From IMG/VR virus record IMGVR_UViG_3300037501_000166: 64,000 nt of DNA; one strand, 5' to 3'. Source of the stretch: a virus. Below the pieces are notes generated by a model. It had not been told where the DNA came from. It was given only the letters and a program-made list of their open reading frames with translations, and did not search any database. The translations under genes and the position numbers were made by a program. Shown piece by piece: positions 17,636 through 27,689 of this stretch; position 1 is the stretch's first letter; every line of letters starts with the position of its first letter.

Positions 17636-18996
17636 TAGAATTGCCCCGATTTAGCGGATTCAATGATCTGGTCGTAAATCCTAAGTTGGGCTTTCGCCGC
17701 CTCATCGTCTCGATTCAGAAGCGCCGTTATTCTCGGTTCAAGTATGTCGGCAAGTTCGTTGGGAGTAAGAACGAATTGAGAAAGGGGATGTTTATCGTAG
17801 ATTCCCTCTCTGTCTTTTTCCAACATATCCGCCTTGATCAAACCTCTTCTCAACAAAGCCTCGTTACGCTTGAAGATCGCCATGGTTCGCCACAAAGTAC
17901 GCGCCATAGCTCCCTCAAACCGCGATTGCCCCATGTCGGGGTTTGGAAAAACAGGAAGGATAAACTTGTTCAATTCTCCGTACGAACTGGCGGCTCCGGT
18001 TACCTCCTTCCTGTAGCTATTGAAATCAGTCATGACACTGGTATCGAAAGCCTGTTTGCGCGTAAGGAATTGGCTCGCCCCCGGGCCAACAGCGACTCCC
18101 ATCTTCTCGGCATAATTGCCCAGGGCGGCTTGAGTCTTTCCGCTGAATGTCAAGAAATCAGGATCATAAAGATCCACTGTCGATATCAGTCCGCTCAAAC
18201 GCTCATGCGATGAGAGCAAATCCTTTTCCAGGTCGGTCTTGGTCGTTTTTTCCATACCCAACATATTCGACACATTCACAGTGGTCACGTTTTTTTGAAC
18301 GATTCCATGCTGAGGAGGCAACGGCTGGCCGACAATATGATACTTCTGCGTCCCGGGGATAGGCTCTCCTTTCTGATTCAATTCAGCGATAATGTCATAT
18401 GACTGTCTCTGTGACGCATTTTTGAACTCGCTTGGAGTCAACGGCGGCAATCCCTGCTTCGCACGGAGAGTGTTCTCGATGCTCCACATCTGCAATTCAG
18501 CAGGAGGCTGTTGAGGAGCGAACGTTTTTGGAGGTCCCTTGGCGATGAGATTGCCTGTCTCGTCAAGAAGAACCTGATTTTCGCCGAGTGTATGAACCTT
18601 TTTCGGCTCAGGCTTAATGATCTGGAACGTCTTGCCGAGTTGAACGCCCTTATACCCCGGTATGCCGATATCGAAAATACTGGGTCTTTCGCCGGGTTCC
18701 TTTGCCTTGTACCATGTCTTATCGCCCAGCTTGATGGTTTGAATCTGCCTTTTCTTCTCTGGATCGGCCAAATCTTCCGGGGTATATCCGGCATCATCAG
18801 GAGAATCCGTGAAACCGTGAACGGCCATTTCCCGCTCAAGTTTTCTAACATCCTGCTGTTCTTGCAGCTTGGCTTGCATCTCAAGCTGTTTCATCTGCAT
18901 ATTCTGTTGAATCGCCATCATAGCTCCACGGGTCAGCATTTCAAGAAACGGGTTCTGCGGAGCACTTATTACAATCGGCGTAGGTCCGAGAGGCAT
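17635..18996 (-). CDS. DNA ejection / internal virion protein
   Basis: Gln/Met-rich N-terminus; position in the ejection cluster. Confidence 0.65.
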   Translation of the reverse strand: MPLGPTPIVISAPQNPFLEMLTRGAMMAIQQNMQMKQLEMQAKLQEQQDVRKLEREMAVHGFTDSPDDAGYTPEDLADPEKKRQIQTIKLGDKTWYKAKEPGERPSIFDIGIPGYKGVQLGKTFQIIKPEPKKVHTLGENQVLLDETGNLIAKGPPKTFAPQQPPAELQMWSIENTLRAKQGLPPLTPSEFKNASQRQSYDIIAELNQKGEPIPGTQKYHIVGQPLPPQHGIVQKNVTTVNVSNMLGMEKTTKTDLEKDLLSSHERLSGLISTVDLYDPDFLTFSGKTQAALGNYAEKMGVAVGPGASQFLTRKQAFDTSVMTDFNSYRKEVTGAASSYGELNKFILPVFPNPDMGQSRFEGAMARTLWRTMAIFKRNEALLRRGLIKADMLEKDREGIYDKHPLSQFVLTPNELADILEPRITALLNRDDEAAKAQLRIYDQIIESAKSGQF

Positions 18997-19011
18997 CTTT
19001 CATCACCCCCC

Positions 19012-19707
19012 TTAGAAAATCTTTCCAGCAAGCCAATCGCCAGCCTTGCTTCCAACACTGCCCAAAAACGATCCAGCCGCCCCGCCAAGCATTCCCATCC
19101 ACGGGTTCGGTTGTTGCTGCTGAACGATGGGATAGCTCAATCCCAGGCCGGCAAGCCCGCTTAATGATTGCCATGGCCATGTCCGCTGCTGCAATTGATT
19201 CCCGTATTGTTGCATGAGGGCCTGCCAGCCCGCCTGCGCCGTATCGGCACGCTTCGCGAGCTCTCCTTTCCATCCGGCCTGAAGTGCCGGCGATATCATG
19301 TTCCATCCGGCCATGGCCATCTGTGGGGCCGCTTCCTTAGCCCAGTACTCCGCTCCGGCCCTCCCGAAGGCGCCACTGGCCCCTCCCCGGGCGCTGCCAG
19401 CCATACCCTTTGAACCGAACTGTTCGAAAAGTTGCTTTTGCCCCTCCAGAAACGGAGCCATGATGCCTTGCCGTACGTTTGCGTCCAGGCTTCCCCACCA
19501 ATCCCCTTGAGGCATCATGCTCTTGATATCCGGAATCTCGTAGGAGGGGAATTCGGGCAACGCGGGCAGGCTCCATAAAGGTTCCTCGGTTCGGAAAAAT
19601 CCCTTGTACCTTCTGAAGGCAGGCTTCATCGCGTTCCAAATCGCCCGCTGTTGAGGAGATTGAACAAACTGAGTGTTGAGATCGGTTCCCCCGCCTCCGG
19701 CCATCAC
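19012..19707 (-). CDS. Small DNA ejection (pilot-like) protein
   Basis: MAGGGG start; Gly/Ala/Gln-rich; C-terminal MLGGAAGSFLG segment. Confidence 0.7.
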   Translation of the reverse strand: MMAGGGGTDLNTQFVQSPQQRAIWNAMKPAFRRYKGFFRTEEPLWSLPALPEFPSYEIPDIKSMMPQGDWWGSLDANVRQGIMAPFLEGQKQLFEQFGSKGMAGSARGGASGAFGRAGAEYWAKEAAPQMAMAGWNMISPALQAGWKGELAKRADTAQAGWQALMQQYGNQLQQRTWPWQSLSGLAGLGLSYPIVQQQQPNPWMGMLGGAAGSFLGSVGSKAGDWLAGKIF

Positions 19708-20210
19708 TACACCCCCTTGCGGAATACCAACTGTTTGAACGGCGTTATCACCATTTCGTAACCCCGTTTCGTTGCGGCCTTCCCATAAAGCCTTACAACG
19801 GCATCGTTTACGGCGAAAAGTTCATAGATGTTACATCTGTGCCGGATGCCGAACTTTTCGAATTCGTCAACCAAAACCTGGAAAACCTCCGGATTTTTGT
19901 TCCAAGAATACACGAAATCGCACAAAACAGTTCCGACATAAGGGATTGATCTTACAAGCCAGTGAGCCATGCCGACTGGGTCATCTTCCTCGAAGATCAC
20001 CCAAAACTCACTCATATCCTCCCACTTGATTCCCATCTCATCGGTTGTGATCCTCACCTTGGCAGCATTTTGGACCGTGTTGGCGAAGTATGTATAAAGA
20101 GGCCCGTATTGTATCCCAGACACCTTGATCTTATCCACAAAGACGTTGATATTGGGCGCAATGATAGGGAGCCAATTCGGGTTGGTGATCTTGACGGCCT
20201 TCAATGCCAT
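19707..20210 (-). CDS. GNAT-fold-like protein preceding the ejection genes
   Basis: Size, DPVGMAHW...LCDFVYS pattern and position conserved in podovirus tail operons. Confidence 0.5.
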   Translation of the reverse strand: MALKAVKITNPNWLPIIAPNINVFVDKIKVSGIQYGPLYTYFANTVQNAAKVRITTDEMGIKWEDMSEFWVIFEEDDPVGMAHWLVRSIPYVGTVLCDFVYSWNKNPEVFQVLVDEFEKFGIRHRCNIYELFAVNDAVVRLYGKAATKRGYEMVITPFKQLVFRKGV

Positions 20211-20219
20211 GACAACTCC

Positions 20220-20474
20220 TTATGGCTCTATGGCGATTTGCTGTGCAGCTCCAGTCGGGAACCGCGCCGCAAGCTGCGTTTTTCCGCCGGATTCCACGGC
20301 ATACACCCTCACCCTGTTTGTGCCCGGCGCCGAGGGGGCTGTGCCGCTTTCCGGAATTTCGATAAAATCACACTCAAGATGTCGTATATACCTGAGCTTT
20401 TCGACAAGGGCCAACAGCCACTTGTCCAGTTCAGCATCCCCGGTTTTCGGAGGGGCGTCGATCTGCATCACCAT
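20220..20474 (-). CDS. Small tail-associated protein
   Basis: Between the hub and GNAT genes; PSAPGTNRVRVYA motif. Confidence 0.55.
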   Translation of the reverse strand: MVMQIDAPPKTGDAELDKWLLALVEKLRYIRHLECDFIEIPESGTAPSAPGTNRVRVYAVESGGKTQLAARFPTGAAQQIAIEP

Positions 20475-22099
20475 TCCCCTTGCGCAACAAACACGTAATC
20501 AATACTGTTGATCGAAAAGTATTCATCGTCGCTTTGGGTTCCATACTTGATTTGATGAAGCCTGTAATTCTTGTTGGTCCTGAGAATGGCCGGATCAGGG
20601 GAATCGAGACCCACCGTTCCAATGGAGCTCCAAGATGCGTTCACGACTTCAGCCTCCGTATTCCCGCCCCGATGCCACACGGTAATGCTATGCAATCCGG
20701 AAGATGCGAAACCAAACCAAAGTTCAAGAAGAAGTTTCTTCGCCCTTTTATTACCGAAATCCATGATCGGTTCGATTCGATATCCGCTGAAACTTGTTCC
20801 AGACGCCGCCAATGAATTCCCACTGACATATTTGACCTGTCCGGTCGTGGCATAGACGAGGGCATCCAGACTTGAGAAGTAGTGAGACCACGTTTCGTTA
20901 TAAACGCCTGTCCAATCGGCCGTGGCGCCTCCAGCCTCGTCCATGAGATCGTTCCAGGTAAAATCAGAGTAAACCGTCCAGTTATCGATGTACGGCGAAA
21001 CCTTGTCCTCCCGCCTCCATTTGCGATCCAGCACATGGTAATAAAGGAAGAAGTTACATCTCGACTCGCCGCCCATGGGAACGGTCCAGCAGATTTCGTT
21101 TTGCTGCGGTATGTAATACCCGACAATCATTCCGTAGTAATCCGTGTCTATTTCCTTGATCCAGTTCTCGATGTCCTCCGAAATCGGTTTTCCGCCAGCG
21201 GGAAACACGGGGGAACCGTCGAACGCGCAGAACCCGAAATGCCTGTTGAACAAAAAGTGCATATTTCCAACGCTTACGATAGAGTGATGATTCGTCGCTC
21301 CCTGATGAGGTATCACGTTGATGATCTGAAACGGATAATTGGCATAGGGATAATACTCTATCCGATCAATCGAATAATCGGAGTAAAGGTAACAGACGTT
21401 TTGCCCCATGCGCTTGATTCCGGTGATGCTCCGGTCATCAGCCTTGTATGCTTGGTTGCCGGATGGAAACTCGACATCGCTGCTCAAGTCAGGAAGGGCA
21501 TCGGTCCATCTGATTTCAATATCGCCGTTGGTTTGATCAGAATATGCTCCAACGATACGCCTTTGGAATACTTCGAGATATCGAAACTTATATTGTGTAT
21601 ACCCGCTACTTCCACTTGGGTCGATGAGCTTGGTAAAAGCCGCGTCGCCATGTTTCCATTTATATGGAGTATGTTCTCCGAAGTCAGACAAGACAGCATA
21701 TGAGCCATATTGGACAATGGAATAAAGATCCGTGGCGTCGTTGGCCAATGTTGTTGCGGCAACGGAGATATCGATCGGGTTTTTAGATCCGTCGTAAGTG
21801 TAAATCTTCCCGTTGTCGCAATGAATGTGATCAATGACGCCTGCGACATTCAACTGGAAAAGAGCCTGTGTCGTCGTTGATTGCGCATTGTTGCTTGCGT
21901 TCCAAACAATATCCCCGTACGCTTTGCAGACAGTTCCACGCTTTCGCTGATAGTCCAGATTGAGTCCCCCGACATCATGCGTAATGGCCGTTCGGTCGTT
22001 GACCATCTGCACAAGTGAAGGATCATCCTGTGGGACGTTCGTCTTGCTGCCCAAGACGGGATAGACCCTGAAGACCGTAACGGCCATCAGTCCTCCCAC
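20468..22099 (-). CDS. Tail hub/nozzle (P22 gp10 / T7 gp12-like beta-propeller)
   Basis: About 540 aa, beta-rich, YLEVFQRRIVGA...IRWTD pattern; follows the adaptor gene. Confidence 0.75.
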   Translation of the reverse strand: MGGLMAVTVFRVYPVLGSKTNVPQDDPSLVQMVNDRTAITHDVGGLNLDYQRKRGTVCKAYGDIVWNASNNAQSTTTQALFQLNVAGVIDHIHCDNGKIYTYDGSKNPIDISVAATTLANDATDLYSIVQYGSYAVLSDFGEHTPYKWKHGDAAFTKLIDPSGSSGYTQYKFRYLEVFQRRIVGAYSDQTNGDIEIRWTDALPDLSSDVEFPSGNQAYKADDRSITGIKRMGQNVCYLYSDYSIDRIEYYPYANYPFQIINVIPHQGATNHHSIVSVGNMHFLFNRHFGFCAFDGSPVFPAGGKPISEDIENWIKEIDTDYYGMIVGYYIPQQNEICWTVPMGGESRCNFFLYYHVLDRKWRREDKVSPYIDNWTVYSDFTWNDLMDEAGGATADWTGVYNETWSHYFSSLDALVYATTGQVKYVSGNSLAASGTSFSGYRIEPIMDFGNKRAKKLLLELWFGFASSGLHSITVWHRGGNTEAEVVNASWSSIGTVGLDSPDPAILRTNKNYRLHQIKYGTQSDDEYFSINSIDYVFVAQGEW

Positions 22100-22845
22100 C
22101 TGTTTTGATATCCTCTAGCGTAGGCTTGCTGAAGCCAGGATTGCGCTTGGTATCCCATCCTGGCCCATTTGCGTTTACCGTCGGCGATCCGCGCCTTGGC
22201 GATCCCCTCATTCCAATCCTGTTTGTAGATCCCGGCCACTTCCCACATGTGCAAGGATCGAAAAGCCTGATACACCGCAAAATCGCAACAGCGGAACCGT
22301 TCGATTTCAGGAAGCCATGAAAAATCCGTCGCAGTCTGATCGTCCCCGGTCCTCGCGTACTCCAACTCAAGACGATATGTTCCGTCGGGAGGGGGGACAA
22401 GCCACAGCTCCCTGTTCTTGATGCAAGCGATGGTCGGTTCGCTGTTATCTTCTTCGCTTGGGTCTGGAAATTTCGTATCGAACAAGTGCGCGGGCCATAA
22501 CTCGATTTCGCGGTTGTTCGTCAGATCCTTAAGTGTGATTTCCCCCCCCCCGTAATCAGGGGGGAGGGCGTAGCGGTACGTCGCAGCGGTCGTGTCCGCG
22601 TACGCGTACCGCCTGCGCCACGTATAGTTCTTGGTTTCGGCAAGCTCCTCCTTGGCACGGATGAGCCAGCGTTGAACTTCCGCCAATGTGGGCGTTGTGG
22701 TAGTGTCCAGCGTCCCTCTTTTGATTTTCGATTCGACCTCCGCCACCATCTCGGTGACGCTGTCGAGGGTCCCCGCCGTGAACGCAACAACGCTCTGTTC
22801 TGTCCAAGCCAAATCAAGTGCCGTAGAGGAGTCTGTAATACTCAT
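22087..22845 (-). CDS. Head-tail adaptor
   Basis: TYRYALPPDY, ELWLVPPPD..Y.LELEY motifs; position. Confidence 0.75.
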   Translation of the reverse strand: MSITDSSTALDLAWTEQSVVAFTAGTLDSVTEMVAEVESKIKRGTLDTTTTPTLAEVQRWLIRAKEELAETKNYTWRRRYAYADTTAATYRYALPPDYGGGEITLKDLTNNREIELWPAHLFDTKFPDPSEEDNSEPTIACIKNRELWLVPPPDGTYRLELEYARTGDDQTATDFSWLPEIERFRCCDFAVYQAFRSLHMWEVAGIYKQDWNEGIAKARIADGKRKWARMGYQAQSWLQQAYARGYQNRWED

Positions 22846-22855
22846 CGTCTATTCC

Positions 22856-23362
22856 TTATGGTGCATTGATAGCAGCAAACCACAGGACCGGGGTTGCACC
22901 ACCGTCCTTGAGCCCTGATGTCCCGGAAGCCGCAGCAGTCTTGAGAGCGACGATCAATTCCTGGGTCGGGACGATCATGGTCATGGTAGTCGTTCCAGAC
23001 CACTTGTCCCCGATTGCCCCGGAAAGGTCACAAGTGATAGTCGCGATTTCGGTTCCGGCATCGATACTGGCGAGTGGCGAAGTGCCATAAACGACATGAA
23101 TTACCGGCTCGGTGGAAGCCGCCCCGGTTTTCACGCCCTGATCATCGCTGCAAGCGAAAGCCTCGCAGGTCACGAGATACGCCGTCATCGGCAATCGGAC
23201 TCGGGCATGAATCGTACTTGCCGTCCCATCCAAGTTGATGTAAACGGAATTGGTCGCCGCCTGGCCCAGCGCCATGGGAAAGTAGGGAAAGACAATGCCT
23301 CTCCCCTCGACAGGATTGAAGAGGCGGTTGATCTTGTCATAGGTGGTGTTGGAAGCCATCAT
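22856..23362 (-). CDS. Hypothetical beta-rich structural protein (possible capsid decoration)
   Basis: Thr/Ala/Ser-rich 168 aa; between the modification cassette and the adaptor. Confidence 0.5.
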   Translation of the reverse strand: MMASNTTYDKINRLFNPVEGRGIVFPYFPMALGQAATNSVYINLDGTASTIHARVRLPMTAYLVTCEAFACSDDQGVKTGAASTEPVIHVVYGTSPLASIDAGTEIATITCDLSGAIGDKWSGTTTMTMIVPTQELIVALKTAAASGTSGLKDGGATPVLWFAAINAP

Positions 23363-24351
23363 TTATTCTCCTTTTCGTCCATAAGCATGATGTAGCCTAA
23401 GATTGCGGCCCTGAGCGGAATGATGTTCATCCAGGGCACGTACTTTGTTTTGAAAAGCAGTTGACCGTCAATTTCGACAGGGTCAGGGTATACCCCCAAA
23501 ATCCCGTCCTCCGTCGAGTTCGTGATGTTCGCCTGGGTGTATTCGGGCTTCAAGAACGTCTCAAGCCAAGTCTTGTACATCGTCAACGCCGGCGTTGTGT
23601 TTACCAACTTGCCGTGCATGTCAAGAGCCTGGTACCAGCCTCTCCAGCGGTTAATATCCTTGTCTACATGCTTTGTGCTTCTTCCGTCATGGTAATACTC
23701 GTCGTAGTAGCAGAGACTCATCCCGGTAAAAATAAAATCCCGACTTTTTAGGTACTTGTAAGCCCACAAAAACGCCGTTGAGATGACATTGCCTCCTCCA
23801 ATGTCGATTCTCTCCTTGCCGAAATCCCTATGCAAAGCCTTTTGATATTCCGCACCACCTCCCAACAGGTAATGGTATCGTTCTCCCCGCCATGTGTTAA
23901 GCGCCTTCGGGGAACAGAAAGGCGAGGCGACGAGAACCGTGTTTCTCGATTCAAAATCGAGATCAGGCGCGATATGATCCCGCGCCTCGACAGCGAAGAC
24001 ATAATTCACTTTCACCCCGTTTTCGACCAAGAACTTTGCCGTGCCGTTGCACGCTACGATAATAAATCTATCATCACACTTTTTAAGCGCAGTCCAATTC
24101 TTGCGTATTGCTGGCGAAGCCCCGACCAGAATAACCACCTTCCCCGCGCCTTCGCCGGTACACGGAAAGACTTTTATGGGTTGATTTTTTCTGTAATTCT
24201 CCATCCAGAGATTATCCATCTCCTCTCCGATCCAGGATTTGGAAACAAACTCCTGGAGCGGGAACTTGCCGCACATCTTGGGCAGCTCTGGAGACAGCTC
24301 TTCCAGATAGTCAAACTGCAAGAGCGTATTTGCTTGTGGAGAGCCGCGCAA
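23359..24351 (-). CDS. Maf/DUF115 (MptE-like) family protein 2, putative glycosyltransferase
   Basis: VILVGASPAI, IIVACNGTAKFLVENGVKVNYVFAVE, GGNVISTAFLWA, FIFTGMSLCY match the DUF115 pattern. Confidence 0.78.
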   Translation of the reverse strand: MRGSPQANTLLQFDYLEELSPELPKMCGKFPLQEFVSKSWIGEEMDNLWMENYRKNQPIKVFPCTGEGAGKVVILVGASPAIRKNWTALKKCDDRFIIVACNGTAKFLVENGVKVNYVFAVEARDHIAPDLDFESRNTVLVASPFCSPKALNTWRGERYHYLLGGGAEYQKALHRDFGKERIDIGGGNVISTAFLWAYKYLKSRDFIFTGMSLCYYDEYYHDGRSTKHVDKDINRWRGWYQALDMHGKLVNTTPALTMYKTWLETFLKPEYTQANITNSTEDGILGVYPDPVEIDGQLLFKTKYVPWMNIIPLRAAILGYIMLMDEKENK

Positions 24352-25228
24352 TCCCTACTCCTCTTGTCGAGATAAGTAATGGTTCGTCGTTTTCGTTCCT
24401 TTGATCGCAGGTCGCACACGGATAGTTTCCAAACTCTCCGATGTCGTGAGCACGCCTGAAGGCGGTTGCAATTTCCCCTTGGAGGATCTCACGGATCGTC
24501 TTTTTGTGCGTGTTGCCATAGATAACCTCCCCATTGGTCAAAAAGCAACATGGGATCAAGTTGCCATCCGCCTGAATCTGGATAGGTCCGGATGTCGGCC
24601 TTCCGCAGGTTTTCAACCTCGGATTGACTTTCCGGTAATCTTTCGCTCCTCCCCAGTTATGCGGCTTCCATACTTCCACATGGTCGATGCCTTTTTTTTT
24701 CCAATACTCAACTACTTCGCTGGGGTTTTCGTTGTTCATCGCCAGGCATGTAACATGCGTCGTTATCTGTGCGTTTTCGAACCAGTTTATCGTAACGAAA
24801 TCCGAGATGTTCCTTATCACGTCGTCCCACAAGATCTTCTTGTGTACCTTCTTGTATGTCTTTTCCGTGATGCCGTGGACTGAAAACCGGATGTTTTTGA
24901 GCCCGGCATCTATGAGCGAACACGCTCGATGATAGTCAAGCAAGCTGGCATTGGTGGTAATGTAGGTCATCATTCTTTTGGCGGTCGCGTACCGTATCTT
25001 TTGTTCCAGTTCACGGTCAAGAAGGGGTTCCCCGAACCCGAAAAGCGACAGATGATTGACGCCCATATCCTCAAGTTCATCGACGATTTTTTTGTAATGA
25101 TTCATGCGCATGGTCATCTTTCGCCTGGTCATTTTGTCCCGTGGGCAAATGACACAACGCGCATTGCAGGCAGACGTGGTCTCTACTCTCGCTTCAGGGC
25201 AAATAGCATGGCCTGTGTGATCAATCAC
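24311..25228 (-). CDS. Radical SAM enzyme with SPASM/twitch domain (BtrN-like)
   Basis: CNARCVIC (CxxxCxxC), GFGEPLL, TTNAS, HNWGG, CGRP...ADGNLIPCC...CATC. Confidence 0.92.
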   Translation of the reverse strand: MIDHTGHAICPEARVETTSACNARCVICPRDKMTRRKMTMRMNHYKKIVDELEDMGVNHLSLFGFGEPLLDRELEQKIRYATAKRMMTYITTNASLLDYHRACSLIDAGLKNIRFSVHGITEKTYKKVHKKILWDDVIRNISDFVTINWFENAQITTHVTCLAMNNENPSEVVEYWKKKGIDHVEVWKPHNWGGAKDYRKVNPRLKTCGRPTSGPIQIQADGNLIPCCFLTNGEVIYGNTHKKTIREILQGEIATAFRRAHDIGEFGNYPCATCDQRNENDEPLLISTRGVGIARLSTSKYALAV

Positions 25229-25565
25229 AGTATGATCTCACTTTAGTGACGACCGCCTGGGGAGACATGCCGTCTACGCAGAAAAGGGCATCGTAGTATT
25301 CTTTTATAACCGGCTCATAGATCATCTTGAAGATATCCTTAGTAAGCCAGTCTTCGCTTTTCCACAAAAGCACTTTGCGCCCCTTGAGGATTAGAGGATT
25401 TGTGTATCGGCCGCCCAAAACCACATGCGTGTCTGCGTCGGAAACGTGATCCAAAACCGCGATTCCATTCTCTACAAGTTCCCTCATGATATGCATCCAA
25501 TTCAAACGGTTTTGATCCCGCTTAACCCAGTACACGTTAACAGTCGGCATAGATGCACACTCCAT
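25221..25565 (-). CDS. Small alpha/beta hypothetical protein (possible glycosyltransferase half-domain)
   Basis: Overlaps both neighbours; alternating strand/helix pattern; family uncertain. Confidence 0.5.
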   Translation of the reverse strand: MECASMPTVNVYWVKRDQNRLNWMHIMRELVENGIAVLDHVSDADTHVVLGGRYTNPLILKGRKVLLWKSEDWLTKDIFKMIYEPVIKEYYDALFCVDGMSPQAVVTKVRSYCD

Positions 25566-26130
25566 CCGGGTACACCATCGAGATCAGCCCTCTATTCAGG
25601 AATATATGAGCGACCGGATTCATGGACGCGGTCACTATCTCGAAACCGTTTTCCATGAACCGGTTGATCCACCATAGGGCGTCGTGGATGTTGATGTGAG
25701 TATTGAAAGGCTTGTCGTCCCTGGTGGCGATGGTAAAATAAACCTTTTTTCCAACCCGCATTGTCTCGCGCAGGATATCATCCACCTCTTCTTCCGGAAC
25801 GTGTTCGAGCATTTCTGAGCAAAACACCAGGTCGAAGCTCTTCGATTTGAACGGAAGTTCCGATGCGCTCCCTCTGGTACATTTTCCTTTGAGACATTTG
25901 ATTTTTGGGATTCTCAAATCAATGGCGAAAACCTTGTAACCGTTTTTAAAAAACCAAACGGCTTCATAATTGTTTCCTCCACCGACGATCAGGACTTTCT
26001 TGACGATCCTTTTGATATATGGTAAGGAAGAAATCGAAGCGGCATGGACAAGACCTCTGGATACGCCAGGCCCGCCATAATCCAGACGCCCGAAAATCCC
26101 ATGCTCGCTGTAAAGTGTCTTGTCAGCCAC
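25537..26130 (-). CDS. Class I SAM-dependent methyltransferase (Methyltransf_11-like)
   Basis: VLIVGGGN, GSASELPFKSKSFDLVFCSEMLEHV motifs. Confidence 0.88.
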   Translation of the reverse strand: MADKTLYSEHGIFGRLDYGGPGVSRGLVHAASISSLPYIKRIVKKVLIVGGGNNYEAVWFFKNGYKVFAIDLRIPKIKCLKGKCTRGSASELPFKSKSFDLVFCSEMLEHVPEEEVDDILRETMRVGKKVYFTIATRDDKPFNTHINIHDALWWINRFMENGFEIVTASMNPVAHIFLNRGLISMVYPDGVCIYADC

Positions 26131-26329
26131 CTTTCTTCCTTTTGTGATCCCTCAATCCTTGTTCGATTCTGTTTGACAACATGGCAATGCAAGCATCGCA
26201 AAAGTACTTGTACATGGGATTTTCTGTTGCGATGTCCACAACGCGGAACGTGTATCCCATGCACTTAGGGTTACGTTTCGATCCCCACAAACATTGGCCG
26301 GTTTGAGGTAACGGCTCATTGGTGCTCAC
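26123..26329 (-). CDS. Small Cys-containing hypothetical protein
   Basis: Coupled starts/stops; C-x9-C and CDAC. Confidence 0.5.
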   Translation of the reverse strand: MSTNEPLPQTGQCLWGSKRNPKCMGYTFRVVDIATENPMYKYFCDACIAMLSNRIEQGLRDHKRKKGG

Positions 26330-26547
26330 GGTTCCTCCCTTACGATCTTCGGCCTATCCCTTATAATTCCAAAACTGTCGGCGAAAAATGCGCTTCGTTG
26401 CCATGATTTTTTGATCTCAGGCCCCCTCAAAATGTGCTCGGGGTTATCAACGAGGGACGGCCTGTGAACCTTGCACCAACCATCCCTGCCGGCCATCGCT
26501 CCGCAGTTTTTACACCTGTTAGGATTGCCTCGTCTCTCTCCTGCCAT
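26326..26547 (-). CDS. Small Cys-containing hypothetical protein overlapping the 3' end of Maf-like gene 1
   Basis: MAGERRGNPNRCKNC...WCKVH; stop overlaps the next start. Confidence 0.4.
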   Translation of the reverse strand: MAGERRGNPNRCKNCGAMAGRDGWCKVHRPSLVDNPEHILRGPEIKKSWQRSAFFADSFGIIRDRPKIVREEP

Positions 26548-27680
26548 AACACCCTCGCTTCCAAAAATTGTATTACGGCATCTTTGAGTTTTCGCGTATG
26601 CCATCTGTGCGGTATGACGTTATCCAACAGAAACCAGTTGGACGGCTCCATCATCGCCTCGTCGCTGTGGTCATACGCCATCATTCCGAGAATGCCAGCT
26701 TCGGAGCAGTTGTAATAATGGAAGACGTTATTTTTGGCCCACACGGCGGCATGCATTTCCACCCAATGCTTGTAAGTCCACAGGAGCCTTGATGTTCCCA
26801 TGGGCTTCATCAACAAATTCGGACGGGCGAGGTAAATCGGACTGTCCACAAATTCGAATCCCATCCATGCGAATTTGTCCTTGGCCTCATCCCGGTCGTT
26901 GTCGATATTGATCTGATATTCCCTGTCCGCGTAAAACCCTACGCGCCGTTTGTCGTAATCGGGATCGTAGGGGAATGACAGATCATTACCGACACACATG
27001 AACACGCTTGAACCAAGCTGTTTCATGGCCAAGAGCCATGCCGTGTTGATGACGTTTCCGCCCTGCGGGATGCAGACCGATTCTACGTCGTCTTTCGTCA
27101 TGTTCTTGAAGATCTTTTTGAATTCCTGCTGTGCTGGCAGGAAAAAGCAGATATGTCTTCCCTGCCGAGTCCACTCATCCAATATCTTCGGGGAGGTCTG
27201 CAACGAGGCGAGAAGGATCGAGTTGTCGCCGAGTTTGGGGATATCTACGTTCAGTTGAGTATTAACGGCTTCTCCAGCATCGACAAGGACAACGAAGTGC
27301 GGGAAAATTCCCATCCTCAAAAGAGGTTTGAACTGATGGTTCGAAGCGATGATGATAAACGGTTGATCCTTCAATCTGTATGGAAGGATGTGAGTCCTGT
27401 ATACCCAGTGAAGGATGTCCTTGTTGAGATTGAAAGAGGGTCCGGCTCCAACCGCTATGACAGCCTTGTTGAAGCCGAACCCTTTGAAATCGTGAACCAA
27501 CGCACCATGTTTCTTGTAGCGTTTTTTCAGGTTTGAACGAACGTTAGCCAACCAACGGTCTTCCATCTTCTCCGTCGTGTGGTCGTTCGTTTTGAGCATC
27601 GTTTCAAATTCCCACTTGGATATAACATGATTCAGGTGGGAATTTTCTTTCAGAAACTCGTCGTACGTCGGTTCACTCAT
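26427..27680 (-). CDS. Maf/DUF115 (MptE-like) family protein 1, putative glycosyltransferase
   Basis: VIAVGAGPSF, IIIASNHQFKPLLRMGIFPHFVVLVD, GGNVINTAWLLA, FMCVGNDLSF. Confidence 0.82.
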   Translation of the reverse strand: MSEPTYDEFLKENSHLNHVISKWEFETMLKTNDHTTEKMEDRWLANVRSNLKKRYKKHGALVHDFKGFGFNKAVIAVGAGPSFNLNKDILHWVYRTHILPYRLKDQPFIIIASNHQFKPLLRMGIFPHFVVLVDAGEAVNTQLNVDIPKLGDNSILLASLQTSPKILDEWTRQGRHICFFLPAQQEFKKIFKNMTKDDVESVCIPQGGNVINTAWLLAMKQLGSSVFMCVGNDLSFPYDPDYDKRRVGFYADREYQINIDNDRDEAKDKFAWMGFEFVDSPIYLARPNLLMKPMGTSRLLWTYKHWVEMHAAVWAKNNVFHYYNCSEAGILGMMAYDHSDEAMMEPSNWFLLDNVIPHRWHTRKLKDAVIQFLEARVLWQERDEAILTGVKTAERWPAGMVGARFTGRPSLITPSTF

Positions 27681-27689
27681 GGTTTATTC

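Noticed and set aside
22542-22551. C10 tract as a phase-variation site in the adaptor gene
   Set aside because: The frame is intact (encodes GGG) in an essential structural gene; no sign of switching.
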